A stretch of DNA of 64,000 bases. Source: Thalassobaculaceae bacterium (GTDB lineage Bacteria; Pseudomonadota; Alphaproteobacteria; Thalassobaculales; Thalassobaculaceae). Shown one piece after another: positions 26,294-38,048 of the stretch. How positions within the stretch are numbered: the stretch's first letter is position 1; each line of letters begins with the position of its first letter. Under the pieces are notes generated by a model, which saw nothing but the letters and a program-made list of their open reading frames with translations, was not told the origin of the DNA and made no database searches. The translations under genes were made by a program, and so were the position numbers. Location: positions 3,640,616 through 3,704,615 of the forward strand of contig OZ245843.1 in assembly GCA_965228875.1 (NCBI GenBank), read 5' to 3'.

Positions 26294-28771
26294 ATGGCAC
26301 GGGCGTCCGGCAGCAACGACAACCGCACACTCCTGCCGGTCGAGGCGACCCGGTACCTGCAGCGTCGCGGCGAGGAGGCCGCCGGCCTGGCGCTGATCGC
26401 CGCCGCCGGCGCCCTGGCGGTGACCATCGGCGCCTACGATCCCGCCGACCCGTCGCTGAACGCCTCCGGATCCGGCACGATCTCGCATCCCTTCGGCCTG
26501 CCCGGCGCCATCGTCGCCGACCTGCTGCTGCAGTCCCTGGGCGCGGCCAGCGCCCTGCTGGTTCTCGTTCCGGCGGTGTGGGGCTGGCGCATCCTGCGTC
26601 ACGAGACGATCGGCCGCTGGCCTCTGCGCGTCGCCCTGCTGCCGCTGTCGATGATCCTCGCCACCGCCGCCCTCGCCCTGGTCACGCCGCCACCGTCCTG
26701 GCCGCTGCGCGCCGGGCTCGGAGGATTCCTCGGGCCGCTCGTGCTGTCGCCGGCCGGCGCCCTGGCCCCCCATCTTGCCGGTTTCGGTGGACTGCTTCCG
26801 GTCGCGGCTCTGTCCGGGCTGCTCGCCATCGCCGCCGGGCTTTGGTCCGCCGGGATCGGCCTGCTGGAGGCCGGGGCCGGGCTGTTCGCCCTGCTGCGCC
26901 GCGCCGCTTCCGGTGCGGTGACCGGCGCGCGGATCGGCGCCCGCGGGGCCGGGGCCGGCGCCCGCATCGGTGCCCGCATCGGCGCCGGGCTGAGCTCCGG
27001 GGTGCGCCGCTTCGAGCCGCGGATCGGCGCCGCCGCCAGCGACGGGGAGGGAGACGAAGAGGGCGAGGACGAGTCGCCGCCCTGGCGCGATGAGACGACG
27101 GAAGCGCCGACGCCGGCTCCGCGCCAGGCCGTCCGCGCCGCCAAGGCCGCCGCCGCCCGACCGGCCGAACCGGCGGTCAGCCGGGTCGAGAAGCCGGCCA
27201 AGACCGCACGCCCGCGCACGGCGACCCAGCGCCAGCTCGACCTCGGCTCCTCCGACGGCAGCTACGCCTATCCGGAACTCGACCTGCTCACCGACCCGCC
27301 CGCCGCCGCCAGCGGCCCGGACGAGGACGCGCTGGAACAGAACGCCCGCATGCTCGAGAGCGTGCTCGCCGATTTCGGCGTCAAGGGGACCATCGGCAAG
27401 GTGCGCTACGGTCCGGTCGTGACCCTGTACGAGCTGGAACCGGCACCGGGCACCAAGTCCTCGCGGGTGATCGGCCTGTCCGACGACATCGCCCGCTCGA
27501 TGAGCGCGGTGTCGGTCCGCGTGGCCGTGGTTCCGGGGCGCAACGTCATCGGCATCGAACTGCCGAACGCCCGACGCGAGACCGTGTACTTCCGCGAGGT
27601 GCTCGAGTCCGACGCCATCAACACCTCCTCGCACAAGCTGGCAATCGCGCTCGGCAAGGATATCGGCGGCACGCCGGTCGCGGTCGACCTCGCCCGCATG
27701 CCCCACCTGCTGATCGCCGGCACCACCGGCTCCGGCAAGTCGGTGGCGGTGAACACCATGATCCTGTCGCTGCTCTACCGGCTGCCGCCGGAGCGCTGCC
27801 GCTTCATCATGATCGACCCCAAGATGCTCGAGCTGTCGGTCTATGACGGGATCCCGCACCTGCTCTCCCCGGTCGTGACGGACCCGAAGAAGGCGGTGGT
27901 GGCGCTTAAGTGGACGGTGCGCGAGATGGAGAGCCGCTACCGGGCGATGTCGAAGCTCGGCGTGCGCAACATCGACGGCTACAACGCCCGGATCGCCGAC
28001 GCGATCAAGAAGGGCGAGGTCCTCAAGCGCAAGGTCCAGACCGGCTTCGACGCGGACAGCGGCAAACCGGTGTTCGAGGAGGAGCCGCTCGACCTGGTGC
28101 CGCTGCCCTACATCGTCGTGGTGATCGACGAGGTGGCCGACCTGATGCTGGTCGCCGGCAAGGACATCGAGGGCGCCGTCCAGCGCCTGGCCCAGATGGC
28201 GCGCGCCGCCGGCATCCACGTGATCATGGCGACCCAGCGCCCCTCGGTCGACGTCATCACCGGTACCATCAAGGCGAACTTCCCGACCCGGATCTCGTTC
28301 CAGGTCACCTCCAAGATCGACAGCCGCACCATCCTCGGCGAGCAGGGCGCGGAACAGCTCCTCGGCATGGGCGACATGCTCTACATGGCGGGTGGCGGCC
28401 GCATCACCCGCGTGCACGGACCGTTCTGCTCCGACGAGGAGGTCGAGGACGTGGTCCGCCACCTGAAGACCCAGGGCGAGCCGGAATACGACGAGAGCAT
28501 CACCGAGGACGACGAGAACGCGCCCGACCCGCTCGGTTTCTCCGGCGCCGGCGAGGGCGGCGGTTCCGGCGACGACCTGTACGACCAGGCGGTGGCCATC
28601 GTCTCCCGCGAGGGCAAGGCGTCCACCAGCTTCATCCAGCGCCACCTGAAGATCGGCTACAACCGCGCCGCCACCCTGATCGAACGCATGGAGAGCGAGG
28701 GCGTGGTCAGCCAGGCCAACCACGTCGGCAAGCGCGAGGTGCTGGTCGGCGACCATTCCGGCCGGGACTGA
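26294..28771 (+). CDS. ftsK: DNA translocase FtsK
   Basis: N-terminal TM domain, [26 protein letters not shown], gamma domain IGYNRAA. Confidence 0.97.
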   Translation: MARASGSNDNRTLLPVEATRYLQRRGEEAAGLALIAAAGALAVTIGAYDPADPSLNASGSGTISHPFGLPGAIVADLLLQSLGAASALLVLVPAVWGWRILRHETIGRWPLRVALLPLSMILATAALALVTPPPSWPLRAGLGGFLGPLVLSPAGALAPHLAGFGGLLPVAALSGLLAIAAGLWSAGIGLLEAGAGLFALLRRAASGAVTGARIGARGAGAGARIGARIGAGLSSGVRRFEPRIGAAASDGEGDEEGEDESPPWRDETTEAPTPAPRQAVRAAKAAAARPAEPAVSRVEKPAKTARPRTATQRQLDLGSSDGSYAYPELDLLTDPPAAASGPDEDALEQNARMLESVLADFGVKGTIGKVRYGPVVTLYELEPAPGTKSSRVIGLSDDIARSMSAVSVRVAVVPGRNVIGIELPNARRETVYFREVLESDAINTSSHKLAIALGKDIGGTPVAVDLARMPHLLIAGTTGSGKSVAVNTMILSLLYRLPPERCRFIMIDPKMLELSVYDGIPHLLSPVVTDPKKAVVALKWTVREMESRYRAMSKLGVRNIDGYNARIADAIKKGEVLKRKVQTGFDADSGKPVFEEEPLDLVPLPYIVVVIDEVADLMLVAGKDIEGAVQRLAQMARAAGIHVIMATQRPSVDVITGTIKANFPTRISFQVTSKIDSRTILGEQGAEQLLGMGDMLYMAGGGRITRVHGPFCSDEEVEDVVRHLKTQGEPEYDESITEDDENAPDPLGFSGAGEGGGSGDDLYDQAVAIVSREGKASTSFIQRHLKIGYNRAATLIERMESEGVVSQANHVGKREVLVGDHSGRD

Positions 28772-28868
28772 CGGCCGTCACGGAGCCGTCCCCCCGTGGC
28801 GGCATCGTGGCACCGCCGTCATCCAATTGCCGCTTGCCAACCGCCTTGCGAAACGCCAATTGAGCGCC

Positions 28869-29507
28869 ATGGACACACGCCGCTCCCTTCTTGCCGCCCT
28901 GCTGGTCGCGCTGGCCACCTGGGTCGCCTCCGTCCCGGCCGCCGCCCAGGGTCTCACCGCCGACCAGCGGGCCGAGGTCCAACGGGTCGAGGCGTATTTC
29001 AACAGCCTCACCACCCTGCGCTCGACCTTCCTGCAGGCGAGTTCCACGGGCCTGGTCGCCCGCGGCGTGGTCTGGCTGCAGCGCCCGGGCCGGATGCGTT
29101 TCGAGTACGCGCCACCCTCGCCGGTGCTGATCACCGCGGACGGCCTGTGGCTGACCTACCAGGACAACGAGCTGGAACAGACGACCCAGATCCCGCTGAT
29201 CTCGTCGCCGCTCTCGGTCCTGGTCTCCGACGAGGTCGACCTGATGGACGAGCTGATCGTCGAGGCGGTCGACAAGGGATCGAACGTGCTGCGCCTGCAA
29301 CTGCGCCAGCGCAACGATCCGGACCAGGGCAACGTGATCCTGACGTTCCAGGACAAGCCGCTGTCGCTCAAGCAGTGGGTGATCACCGACGCCCAGGGGG
29401 TCGAGGTCAAGGTCGCGCTGCTCGACCCGGTCTTCGGCCTCGACCTGCCGCCGGACCTCTGGCGCCCGACCGATTTCGGCCGCCCGTCCGACGACGTCGG
29501 TCGTTAG
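28869..29507 (+). CDS. lolA: Outer-membrane lipoprotein carrier LolA
   Basis: Signal peptide, RPGRMRFEY, W.ITDAQG; follows ftsK. Confidence 0.88.
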   Translation: MDTRRSLLAALLVALATWVASVPAAAQGLTADQRAEVQRVEAYFNSLTTLRSTFLQASSTGLVARGVVWLQRPGRMRFEYAPPSPVLITADGLWLTYQDNELEQTTQIPLISSPLSVLVSDEVDLMDELIVEAVDKGSNVLRLQLRQRNDPDQGNVILTFQDKPLSLKQWVITDAQGVEVKVALLDPVFGLDLPPDLWRPTDFGRPSDDVGR

Positions 29508-29574
29508 CGCAGATCACGGTCAGACGGAAATATCTGCTCGTGTGAGTTCGCGCTGACTTGAATGGGTTAGAGCG
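29505..29574 (+). repeat. RIME1/CIR/BRU-RS-like palindromic element (degenerate, left part)
   Basis: TAGCGCAGATCACGGTCAGACGGAAATATCTGCTCGTGTGAG aligns with the 34763 copy; begins at the lolA TAG. Confidence 0.75.
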
Positions 29575-29577
29575 CCC

Positions 29578-29949
29578 TCAGAAGAACTTGTTGGGCTGCA
29601 GGAACGTCCCGAGCAGCAGCGCGCCGTTGCGCGACTTCGCCACATGGCGCGATCCGGCCGGGCGCCAGACGAAGTTGCCGGCGGTCACCTCGCCCTCCTC
29701 GTCCTCGATCGATCCCTCCAGCACGAAGGTCTGCTCGATCCGCGTGTGCTCGTGCAGCGGCAGTTCCGAGCCCGGCGCCCATTTGAACAGCGCCGTCAGC
29801 AGCCCGCTCGCCTCGTCCTTCAGCAGGATCTTCCACTCCACGCCGGGATAGGGCGTGGGCTCCCAGTCCATGGCCTCGACGTCGACATAGCGCGAGTCGA
29901 GCGGGCCAAGCCCGGCGTGGTTGGCGGCCTTCGGCGTCACGGCGGTCAT
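29578..29949 (-). CDS. ChrR-like cupin
   Basis: LPLHEH..IEQTFVLEG, WRPAGSRH. Confidence 0.85.
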   Translation of the reverse strand: MTAVTPKAANHAGLGPLDSRYVDVEAMDWEPTPYPGVEWKILLKDEASGLLTALFKWAPGSELPLHEHTRIEQTFVLEGSIEDEEGEVTAGNFVWRPAGSRHVAKSRNGALLLGTFLQPNKFF

Positions 29950-29960
29950 GGTCTCCTCCT

Positions 29961-30380
29961 TCAGTCTTTTCTGTCGTCCGGGATCACGGCGATCACATCG
30001 ATCTCCATGAGCCATTCCTCCTTGGCCAACCCGGCCACCATCAGGCCGGTGGAGACCGGATAGACGCCCTTCAGCCAGCGCCCGACCGTGCGGTAGACCG
30101 GCTCCCGATCCTCGCGGCGGGTGATGAAGATCGTGATCTTGACGATATCCTCCAGGCGGGCACCGGCCTCGCGCAGCAGCGTCTCGACATTGCGCATGGC
30201 CTGATCGGCCTGGGCCGCCGGATCGTCGCCGCCGACCAGGGTGCCGTCGAAATCGGTGCCGACCTGGCCGCGCAGGTAGACCGTACCGTTGGCGACCACC
30301 GCCTGGCAGAGATCGTTGTCGAGCGACTGATCGGGATAGGTGTCGCGGGTGTTGAACCTGCGGATGCGCTGATGGGCCAT
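29961..30380 (-). CDS. RidA family protein
   Basis: VYLRGQ, QAMRNV..LL, PVSTGL.V.GL...EID. Confidence 0.88.
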   Translation of the reverse strand: MAHQRIRRFNTRDTYPDQSLDNDLCQAVVANGTVYLRGQVGTDFDGTLVGGDDPAAQADQAMRNVETLLREAGARLEDIVKITIFITRREDREPVYRTVGRWLKGVYPVSTGLMVAGLAKEEWLMEIDVIAVIPDDRKD

Positions 30381-30489
30381 GGCGGCTGCCCTTCGGGTGG
30401 GACCGGGGGTCGATTGTTTCGTCTGGCGCCGCCGCCGGCAAGCTCGTAAACCGGGGCACCCTCGCGTCAACAGCTTCCGGCAGACCTCC

Positions 30490-31374
30490 ATGACCCGCGG
30501 CCGCGCCACCCTGATCGGCTTCACCGCCGTGCTGAGCTGGGCCCTGCTCGCCCTGTTCACCGCCCTATCCGGTCAGGTGCCGCCGTTCCAGCTCCTGGCG
30601 ATGACCTTCGCCATCGCCACGGCGATCGGCATCCTCGCCAGCCTCGTCCGGGGCACGTCGCCGCTGGCCCATCTGCGCCAGCCGGCCCCGGTCTGGCTGC
30701 TCGGGGTCGGCGGGCTGTTCGGCTATCACTTCTTCTACTTCCTGGCCCTGCGCAACGCGCCGGCGGTGGAAGCGAGCCTTATCGCCTACCTCTGGCCGCT
30801 GCTGATCGTGGTGTTCTCCGCCCTGCTGCCGGGCGAGCGGCTGCGCTGGTTCCATGTCGGCGGCGCGCTGCTCGGCCTGGCCGGGGCGGCGCTGCTGGTG
30901 ACGAAGGGGCAGAGCCTGGAAATCGACCCGCGTTACACGTTGGGCTACCTCGCGGCCGGTGTCTGCGCCCTGACATGGTCGACCTACTCGGTCGCCTCGC
31001 GTCGTTTCGGACACGTACCGACCGATGCGGTCGGCGGATTCTGCGCCGCCGCGGCGATCCTTGCGGTGCCCTGCCACCTGGTTTTCGAGACCACGGTCTG
31101 GCCACGGGACACCGTCGAGTGGCTGGCGGTGCTGGCGCTGGGACTGGGGCCGGTCGGCGGCGCGTTCTTCACCTGGGACATCGGCGTGAAGAAGGGCGAC
31201 ATCCAGGTACTCGGCGCCTCCTCCTATGCGGCACCGCTGCTGTCGACCCTGGTGCTGGTGGCGGTCGGGCTGGCGCCGGCCACCTGGGTGGTCGCGATTG
31301 CCTGCGTGCTGATCGTCGGCGGCGCGGTGCTGGCGGCGAAGGAGATACTGCTTCGCCGCCGGGCGCCGACCTGA
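30490..31374 (+). CDS. DMT/EamA transporter (YddG-like)
   Basis: 10 hydrophobic segments, IAYLWPLLIV, WDIGVKKGD. Confidence 0.88.
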   Translation: MTRGRATLIGFTAVLSWALLALFTALSGQVPPFQLLAMTFAIATAIGILASLVRGTSPLAHLRQPAPVWLLGVGGLFGYHFFYFLALRNAPAVEASLIAYLWPLLIVVFSALLPGERLRWFHVGGALLGLAGAALLVTKGQSLEIDPRYTLGYLAAGVCALTWSTYSVASRRFGHVPTDAVGGFCAAAAILAVPCHLVFETTVWPRDTVEWLAVLALGLGPVGGAFFTWDIGVKKGDIQVLGASSYAAPLLSTLVLVAVGLAPATWVVAIACVLIVGGAVLAAKEILLRRRAPT

Positions 31375-31401
31375 CAGGACACCCGGACCAAACCAGGGAG
31401 T

Positions 31402-31863
31402 TCAGGCCCCCGACGGCGTCCTCGGGACCGGGCGCCAGTCGGGCGGCGCCATCTCGAAGCCGGAGAACTCGAAGGCCGGGGCCACGGTGCAGCCGCACAG
31501 GGTCCACGCGCCGAGGCTCTCCGCCGTCTGCCACCAGCCGGGGCGGACCACCACCTGTGGCACCTGCCCGGCCAGGACGTCGGGCCCCAGCGTGTGCGCC
31601 TCGGCATCGTGGCCGTTCGGCGACAGGGTCAGCACCAGCGGCGCGCCGGCATAGTGGTGCCAGATCTCCGTCGCGTCGTTCACCCGGTGCCAGGCCGACA
31701 GCTCGCCCGCCGCCAGCAGGTAGTAGATCTGCGTCACCGCCCCGCGGCCGCCGCCGTCCGGCGCGTCGCGGTAGGTTTCCGCGTACCAACCGCCTTCCGG
31801 ATGGGCCTGGAGACCCATCCGGTCGATCAGACGGCGCGCTTCATCGGTCGCCGCCACGGTCAT
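31402..31863 (-). CDS. Cupin_5 (DUF985) protein
   Basis: HPEGGWY, EIWHHYAG, CTVAPAFEF. Confidence 0.9.
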   Translation of the reverse strand: MTVAATDEARRLIDRMGLQAHPEGGWYAETYRDAPDGGGRGAVTQIYYLLAAGELSAWHRVNDATEIWHHYAGAPLVLTLSPNGHDAEAHTLGPDVLAGQVPQVVVRPGWWQTAESLGAWTLCGCTVAPAFEFSGFEMAPPDWRPVPRTPSGA

Positions 31864-32471
31864 GCGTCGGGACGGGTAGCTTGCATGGACGGCCGGGCGG
31901 AGAACCGCTCGTACCAGGCGGCAAGCGCCCGGTGCTCGCCGCGCCAGTCCTTCTGCGGGAAGCGGAAGTCGAGGTAGCCGCAGGCGCAGCCCGCCGTGAT
32001 GGTGCCGATGTCGACCCGGTCGCCGAAGCCCTCGGACCAGCCGTTCATCGCCGCCAGCGCGCCGTCCACCTTGCCCATCTGCGCCTCGGTCCAGGGGGCA
32101 TAGTGGATCTCCTCGGGGCGGATCCGGCCTTCGTAGATCCACAGGATCGCGGCATCCATCAGGCCGTCGCCCGCCGCCTGCAGGCGCAGCGCCTCCCAGC
32201 GGGCCGGGCCCGGCGCCGGGAACATCTTCGCCCCGGAATGCTGGCTGTCCAGGTACTCGCAGATCACCGGGCTGTCGAACAGCGTCATGCCGTCATCGGC
32301 GACCAGCGCCGGGATCTTCTTGATCGGGTTGGCCTGCACGACGCCGGCGTCGGGGTTGACCGGTGTGGTCGCGACGGTCGCGATCTCCAGTTGGTCGACC
32401 AGGCCGGTCTCGTGGGCCAGCACCATGACCTTGCGCACGAACGGCGAGGCGGGAGCGTGATACAGCTTCAT
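31860..32471 (-). CDS. Glutathione S-transferase
   Basis: SPFVRKV, NPIKKIPAL, DSPVICEYLD. Confidence 0.92.
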   Translation of the reverse strand: MKLYHAPASPFVRKVMVLAHETGLVDQLEIATVATTPVNPDAGVVQANPIKKIPALVADDGMTLFDSPVICEYLDSQHSGAKMFPAPGPARWEALRLQAAGDGLMDAAILWIYEGRIRPEEIHYAPWTEAQMGKVDGALAAMNGWSEGFGDRVDIGTITAGCACGYLDFRFPQKDWRGEHRALAAWYERFSARPSMQATRPDA

Positions 32472-32501
32472 CGGGGCGTCCTCTCCTGGAACGGTTTCTT
32501 T

Positions 32502-32596
32502 GAGCAATTCACGATCAGGCGGAACCATCTGATCGTGTGACTTCGGTCTGTCTTCAACCGCTTGCAGCGCGGTCCACGGTTCAGGTCGCGCGCTAG
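32502..32596 (+). repeat. RIME1/CIR-like element with internal deletion
   Basis: GAGCAATTCACGATCAGGCGGAACCATCTGATCGTGTGA...GCGCGCTAG; terminal CTAG contains the gloB stop. Confidence 0.75.
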
Positions 32597-33363
32597 AAGT
32601 TGTCCTTGCCCTGGCGCACGGCGGCGAAGACCTCGACCGGATCGGCGCCGACCTTGCCGACGGCGGCGGCGATCGCCGGATCGTCGGCGCGCAGGAACGG
32701 GTTGATCGCCTTCTCCTGGCCGAGCAGCGACGGCACGGTCGGCCGGTCCGCGGCGCGCTGCTCGTCGATCTCCGCCGCCCGGGCCTTCAGCGCGGCGTTG
32801 TCGCCGTCGATCGACAGGGCGAACCTGGCGTTGGAGGCCGTGTACTCGTGACCGCAGTAGATCCGCGTCGCATCCGGCAGGTCGCGCAGCTTCGACAGGG
32901 AGTCCCAGAACTGCGCCGGCGTTCCCTCGAACATGCGCCCGCAGCCGAGCGAGAACAGGGTGTCGCCGCAGAACAGGGCGTCGCTGTCGGCGAAGTAGAA
33001 CGCAATGTGGCCGGTGGTGTGGCCCGGCGTCTCGAACACCTGGGCGACATGGCCGGCGAAGTCGTAGGTGTCGCCCTCCGCCACGGTGACGTCCATGCCG
33101 TCGATCCGGGACACTTCCGATTTCGGACCCACCAGGGTGGCGCCGTATTTCGCCTTCAGCGCCTCGTTGCCGTCGATGTGGTCGGCGTGGTGATGGGTGT
33201 TGAGGATGTGGGTGAGCGTCCACCCGCGCTTCGCCAGGGCGGCCTCCACGGGCGCGGCCTCGCCGGGATCGACCACGGCGGTGGCGCCGCTGGCGGCATC
33301 GTGCAGCAGGTAGACGTAGTTGTCGGACAGGGCGGGGACGAGAACGATGTCGAGAGCGGGCAT
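32593..33363 (-). CDS. gloB: Hydroxyacylglutathione hydrolase (glyoxalase II)
   Basis: DNYVYL, THHHADH, GDTLFSLGCGR, NPFLR. Confidence 0.95.
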   Translation of the reverse strand: MPALDIVLVPALSDNYVYLLHDAASGATAVVDPGEAAPVEAALAKRGWTLTHILNTHHHADHIDGNEALKAKYGATLVGPKSEVSRIDGMDVTVAEGDTYDFAGHVAQVFETPGHTTGHIAFYFADSDALFCGDTLFSLGCGRMFEGTPAQFWDSLSKLRDLPDATRIYCGHEYTASNARFALSIDGDNAALKARAAEIDEQRAADRPTVPSLLGQEKAINPFLRADDPAIAAAVGKVGADPVEVFAAVRQGKDNF

Positions 33364-33564
33364 CGGCGAATTCCTCGCGGGTTCTTTGGCGGGTTCTCGG
33401 GTGTCGGCCCCCGGTCCGGCCGGCCCGGCCAGGCGGTCGGTCGATCCGGGGTCGACAGCGGCCGGCACGGTAGCACTAAGATGTCACGCCAACCAATCGC
33501 GCAAACGGCAACAATTCAGTGACAGGGTCCCGGTAACGCGGACCGCGCCGAGGGAGAAACGCCA

Positions 33565-34659
33565 ATGAAGATCGCCGCCGTCGAGGCCATACCGCTCCGA
33601 ATTCCCTTCAGCCACAGCGGCGAGACCAAGGCGTTCGCGACCGGCCAGTGGGCAGAGCTCGACACCTGCCTGGTCAAGGTCACGACCGATACCGGGATCG
33701 TCGGCTGGGGCGACGCCTTCGCCTACCATTGCCTGGACGCGGTAACGGCGGCGGTGGAGCACATGATCGCGCCGGCCGTGATCGGCGAGGACGCGACCGA
33801 CATCGCCGGGCTGAACCACCGCCTGCAGCAGAAGATGCACCTGTTCGGCCGGCACGGGATCACCATCTTCGCCATCTCCGGCCTCGACCTGGCCCTGTGG
33901 GACATCGCGGGCAAGGCGGCGAATATGCCGCTCTGCCAGCTGTTGGGCGGATCGGCGGCGGCCCGGCTTCCGGCCTACTCCTCCCTTTTCATCCTGCGCG
34001 ACCGGGAGGCGGTCGTTAAGGATGTGAAACAATCCCTGGAAGAGGGCTACAGGTACATCAAACTGCACGAGATCGCGGCCGAGGAAGTCGGCGCGGCGCG
34101 CGAGGCGGCGGGCGACGACATCCCGATCATGGTGGACACCAACTGTCCGTGGACGCCCGAGCAGGCGCGACGCATGGCGGTCGAACTGGACGCGTTCGAC
34201 CTGCACTGGCTGGAGGAACCGATCTTCCCGCCGGAGGATTTCGCCAGCCTCGCCCATCTGCGGCGCGAGACCGGCGTGCCCATCGCCGCCGGCGAGAACT
34301 GGTGCACGGCGATGATGTTCGGCCAGGCGGTGCAGGCGGGGGCGGTGGACTACGCCCAGCCCAGCGTGACCAAGGTCGGCGGCATCACCGAGTTCCGCAA
34401 GACCGCCGCCGTGTGCGAGGCCGCAGGCGTTCAGGTGATGCCGCATTCGCCGTATTTCGGTCCCGGCTTCCTCGCCACCCTGCACCTGGCGGCGGGCCTC
34501 GCCAATCCGGGCCTGATCGAGCGGTTCTACATCCGCCCGCAGGCGATGCTGTACGAGCGGTGGCTCGATCCGGTGGACGGGTTCTTCGCGGTGCCCGACA
34601 CGCCGGGCCTGGGTCCGGAGCCGGACGCCGACGTGATCAAGGATTATCGGGTGCGGTAA
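33565..34659 (+). CDS. Mandelate racemase/muconate lactonizing enzyme family
   Basis: DLALWDIAGK, WLEEP, AAGEN, PGLG. Confidence 0.9.
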   Translation: MKIAAVEAIPLRIPFSHSGETKAFATGQWAELDTCLVKVTTDTGIVGWGDAFAYHCLDAVTAAVEHMIAPAVIGEDATDIAGLNHRLQQKMHLFGRHGITIFAISGLDLALWDIAGKAANMPLCQLLGGSAAARLPAYSSLFILRDREAVVKDVKQSLEEGYRYIKLHEIAAEEVGAAREAAGDDIPIMVDTNCPWTPEQARRMAVELDAFDLHWLEEPIFPPEDFASLAHLRRETGVPIAAGENWCTAMMFGQAVQAGAVDYAQPSVTKVGGITEFRKTAAVCEAAGVQVMPHSPYFGPGFLATLHLAAGLANPGLIERFYIRPQAMLYERWLDPVDGFFAVPDTPGLGPEPDADVIKDYRVR

Positions 34660-34762
34660 CCGCCCCCTGCCCTCTCACACTCCCCGGATCAATTCCGGCG
34701 CCTACTCGTCATCGTGGCCCGCACGCCCACGGTTCGCGCAGACTCATCCCTGGGCCCCGGAA

Positions 34763-34878
34763 CAGAGCAAATCACGATCAGATGGAAACATCTGATTGTG
34801 TGAATTTGCTCTATTTTTAATAGCTTAGAGGACGATTCACGCATCAGATCGATTCGATCTGATGCGATCGCGCTCTAG
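34763..34878 (+). repeat. RIME1/CIR/BRU-RS-like element, full copy (~115 bp)
   Basis: Two hairpins (AGAGCAAAT..ATTTGCTCT; CATCAGATCGATTCGATCTGATG), AT spacer, GANTC sites, ends CTAG. Confidence 0.88.
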
Positions 34879-34903
34879 ATCCGGGGAGGGCGTGAGGGAG
34901 GAG

Positions 34904-34940
34904 AAAACAAAGAACCCGGCGCCTTGGAGGCACCGGGTTC
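34904..34940 (-). terminator. Intrinsic terminator of sdhCDAB
   Basis: GAACCCGG..CCGGGTTC stem followed on the minus strand by TTTGTTTT. Confidence 0.75.
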
Positions 34941-34982
34941 GATGTCGTCGCCGTCGTGCGTGGGCCTCGCCGGGCCCCGCCA

Positions 34983-35762
34983 CTACTGGCGCAGCACCAT
35001 GAGCTTCTTGATCTCGGCGATCGCCTTCGCCGGGTTCAGCCCCTTCGGGCAGGTCTTGGTGCAGTTCATGATCGTGTGGCAGCGGTACAGGCGGAACGGA
35101 TCCTCCAGCGCGTCCAGACGGTCGCCGGTGCGCTCGTCGCGGCTGTCGGCGATCCAGCGGTAGGCCTGCAGCAGCACGGCCGGGCCGAGATAGCGGTCGC
35201 CGTTCCACCAGTAGCTCGGGCAGGAGGTCGAGCAGCAGAAGCACAGGACGCATTCCCACAGCCCGTCGAGCTTTTCGCGCTCCTCCGGCGACTGCCGCCG
35301 CTCCTCGGTCGGCGAGGGCGGGGTGTCGGCCTGCAGCCACGGCTCGACCGAGGCGAGCTGGGCATAGGGCACCGACAGGTCGGGGACCAGGTCCTTGATC
35401 ACCGGCATGTGCGGCAGCGGATAGATGTTGACGTCGCCCTTCACGTCCTCGATTGGCTTCAGGCAGGCCAGCGTGTTCGTTCCGTCGATGTTCATCGAGC
35501 ACGACCCGCAGATGCCCTCGCGACAGGACCGGCGGAAGGTCAGGGTGGTGTCGATCTCGTTCTTGATCTTGATCAGCGCGTCGAGAACCATCGGCGCGCA
35601 GTCGTCCATGTCGATCTCGTAGGTGTCGAGACGCGGATTCGTCCCCTTGTCCGGATCGTAGCGGTAGATCTTGAACTTCTTGACCCGCTTGGCCCCGTCC
35701 GGCGCCTTGTAGGTGTCGCCGATCTTGACCTTGGAATTCGCGGGCAGAGTGAATTCGGCCAT
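34983..35762 (-). CDS. sdhB: Succinate dehydrogenase Fe-S subunit
   Basis: [34 protein letters not shown]. Confidence 0.98.
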   Translation of the reverse strand: MAEFTLPANSKVKIGDTYKAPDGAKRVKKFKIYRYDPDKGTNPRLDTYEIDMDDCAPMVLDALIKIKNEIDTTLTFRRSCREGICGSCSMNIDGTNTLACLKPIEDVKGDVNIYPLPHMPVIKDLVPDLSVPYAQLASVEPWLQADTPPSPTEERRQSPEEREKLDGLWECVLCFCCSTSCPSYWWNGDRYLGPAVLLQAYRWIADSRDERTGDRLDALEDPFRLYRCHTIMNCTKTCPKGLNPAKAIAEIKKLMVLRQ

Positions 35763-35833
35763 CGGTGTCTATCCTCGCTTGCTGGCCTTGCCGTGCTGGG
35801 TTTCCGTGCTGGGTCTCCGTGGACGGGCGCGCC

Positions 35834-37624
35834 TCAGTAGACGCGCGCAACCGGCGGGATGACCTCGACCTCGTTCGACAGCGTGTTCATGTGCACGTCG
35901 CGATACGAGACCGTGGTCTCGTTCTTCTCGTTCAGCCACATGACCGTATGCTTCATCCAGGTGTCGTCGTCGCGGTCCGGGAAATCCTCGTGGGCGTGGG
36001 CGCCGCGGCTCTCCTGGCGAAGCGAGGCCGAGGCGAGGGTGACGATCGCCTGACCCATCAGGTTGTCGAGTTCCAGGGTCTCGACCAGGTCGGTGTTCCA
36101 GATCAGCGACTTGTCGTTGACCCCGACATCCGGCATCGACTTCGCGACCTCGTGGATCTTCTTGAGGCCGTTTTCCATCAGCTCGGTCGTGCGGAACACC
36201 GCCGCGTGGGTCTGCATGGAGCGCTGCATGTCGAGCCGCACCTCGCCGGAGCGCAGGTCGCCCTTGGCGTTGCGGATACGGTCGAGGCGGGCGATCGCCT
36301 TCTCGCTGGCGTCGGCAGGCACCGGCTTGTGGCCCTCGCCCGGGCGCACCGTCTCGGAGGCGCGGTGGGCGGCGGCGCGGCCGAACACCACGATATCGAG
36401 CAGCGAGTTGGTGCCCAGGCGGTTGGCGCCGTGAACCGACACGCAGGCCGCCTCGCCGATCGCCATCAGGCCCGGCACCACCCGGTCCGGATCGTCGGCG
36501 GTCGGGGCGATGACCTCGCCGTGATAATTGGTCGGGATGCCGCCCATGTTGTAGTGCACGGTCGGCAGCACCGGGATCGGCTCCTTGGTCACGTCGGAGC
36601 CGGCGAAGATCTTCGCGGTCTCGGAGATCCCCGGCAGGCGCTGGTGCAGCACGTCGGGGTCGAGATGCTCCAGGTGCAGCATGATGTGGTCGCTGTTCGG
36701 ACCGACGCCGCGTCCCTCGTTGATCTCGATCGTCATCGCCCGGCTGACCACGTCGCGCGACGCCAGGTCCTTGGCGGTCGGGGCGTAGCGCTCCATGAAG
36801 CGCTCGCCCTCCGAGTTGGTCAGGTACCCGCCCTCGCCGCGCGCGCCTTCGGTGATGAGGCAGCCCGCGCCGTAGATGCCGGTCGGGTGGAACTGCACGA
36901 ACTCCATGTCCTGCAGCGGCAGGCCGGCGCGCAGCACCATGGCGTTGCCGTCGCCGGTACAGGTGTGGGCCGAGGTGCACGAGAAGTAGGCGCGGCCGTA
37001 ACCGCCGGTCGCCAGCACCGTCTGGTGGGCGCGGAAGCGGTGGATGGTGCCGTCCTCCAGGCACAGCGCCATCACGCCGACGCACTCGCCCTCCTCGCTC
37101 ATGATGAGGTCGAGGGCGAAGTACTCGATGAAGAACTCGGCGTTGTTGCGCAGCGACTGCTGATACAGCGTGTGCAGGATCGCGTGGCCGGTGCGGTCGG
37201 CGGCGGCGCAGGCGCGCTTGGCCATCGACTTGCCATGGTTCAGCGTGTGGCCGCCGAACGGCCGCTGGTAGATCTTGCCCTCTTCGGTGCGCGAGAAAGG
37301 CACGCCGAAATGCTCCAGCTCGATCACCGCCGGAATGGCGTTACGGCACATGTACTCGATCGCGTCCTGGTCGCCGAGCCAGTCGGAGCCCTTGACGGTG
37401 TCGTACATGTGGAATTTCCAGTTGTCCCCCTCGCCCATGTTGTTGAGCGCGGCGCCGATGCCACCCTGGGCGGCGACCGTGTGGCTCCGGGTCGGGAAGA
37501 CCTTGGTGATGCAGGCCGTCTTCAGCCCTTCCAGCGACATGCCGAGCGTGGCGCGCAGCCCCGCGCCGCCGGCACCCACGACGACCACGTCGTACTCGTG
37601 TTCGATGATGGGATAGGACTCCAT
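35834..37624 (-). CDS. sdhA: Succinate dehydrogenase flavoprotein
   Basis: [22 protein letters not shown]. Confidence 0.98.
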   Translation of the reverse strand: MESYPIIEHEYDVVVVGAGGAGLRATLGMSLEGLKTACITKVFPTRSHTVAAQGGIGAALNNMGEGDNWKFHMYDTVKGSDWLGDQDAIEYMCRNAIPAVIELEHFGVPFSRTEEGKIYQRPFGGHTLNHGKSMAKRACAAADRTGHAILHTLYQQSLRNNAEFFIEYFALDLIMSEEGECVGVMALCLEDGTIHRFRAHQTVLATGGYGRAYFSCTSAHTCTGDGNAMVLRAGLPLQDMEFVQFHPTGIYGAGCLITEGARGEGGYLTNSEGERFMERYAPTAKDLASRDVVSRAMTIEINEGRGVGPNSDHIMLHLEHLDPDVLHQRLPGISETAKIFAGSDVTKEPIPVLPTVHYNMGGIPTNYHGEVIAPTADDPDRVVPGLMAIGEAACVSVHGANRLGTNSLLDIVVFGRAAAHRASETVRPGEGHKPVPADASEKAIARLDRIRNAKGDLRSGEVRLDMQRSMQTHAAVFRTTELMENGLKKIHEVAKSMPDVGVNDKSLIWNTDLVETLELDNLMGQAIVTLASASLRQESRGAHAHEDFPDRDDDTWMKHTVMWLNEKNETTVSYRDVHMNTLSNEVEVIPPVARVY

Positions 37625-37628
37625 GGCG

Positions 37629-38033
37629 TCAGCCTCCGAAGGCGATTTTCAGAACGGCGAAGATGGCGGCGACGGCCAGAACGATCGAGGCGAATTTAAC
37701 CAGAACCAGTACCGCGAGCTTCACACCTTCGTTGTGAATGTAGTCTTCGACCACGACCTGAACGCCGAGCTGGGCGTGGTAGAATGTCGCACCGATCAGA
37801 AGCACCAGGGCGATCGCGACCGGCGGGGAGGCGATCCAGGCGACCGCCGCCGCGTGGTCCATGCCGGCCATGCCGGCGACCGAGGCGACGAACCAGAGCG
37901 TCAGCGGGATCAGCGCCAGCGCGGTGAGCCGCTGCATCCACCAGTGGTGAACGCCCTGCTTCGCCGAGCCCAGGTGACGGACCCGCCCGAGCGTGCTGCG
38001 CATCGAGGTGCTGTGCATCGAATTCTCAGCCAT
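37629..38033 (-). CDS. sdhD: Succinate dehydrogenase membrane anchor
   Basis: [22 protein letters not shown]. Confidence 0.96.
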   Translation of the reverse strand: MAENSMHSTSMRSTLGRVRHLGSAKQGVHHWWMQRLTALALIPLTLWFVASVAGMAGMDHAAAVAWIASPPVAIALVLLIGATFYHAQLGVQVVVEDYIHNEGVKLAVLVLVKFASIVLAVAAIFAVLKIAFGG

Positions 38034-38048
38034 GTTCCTTGCCCTCTC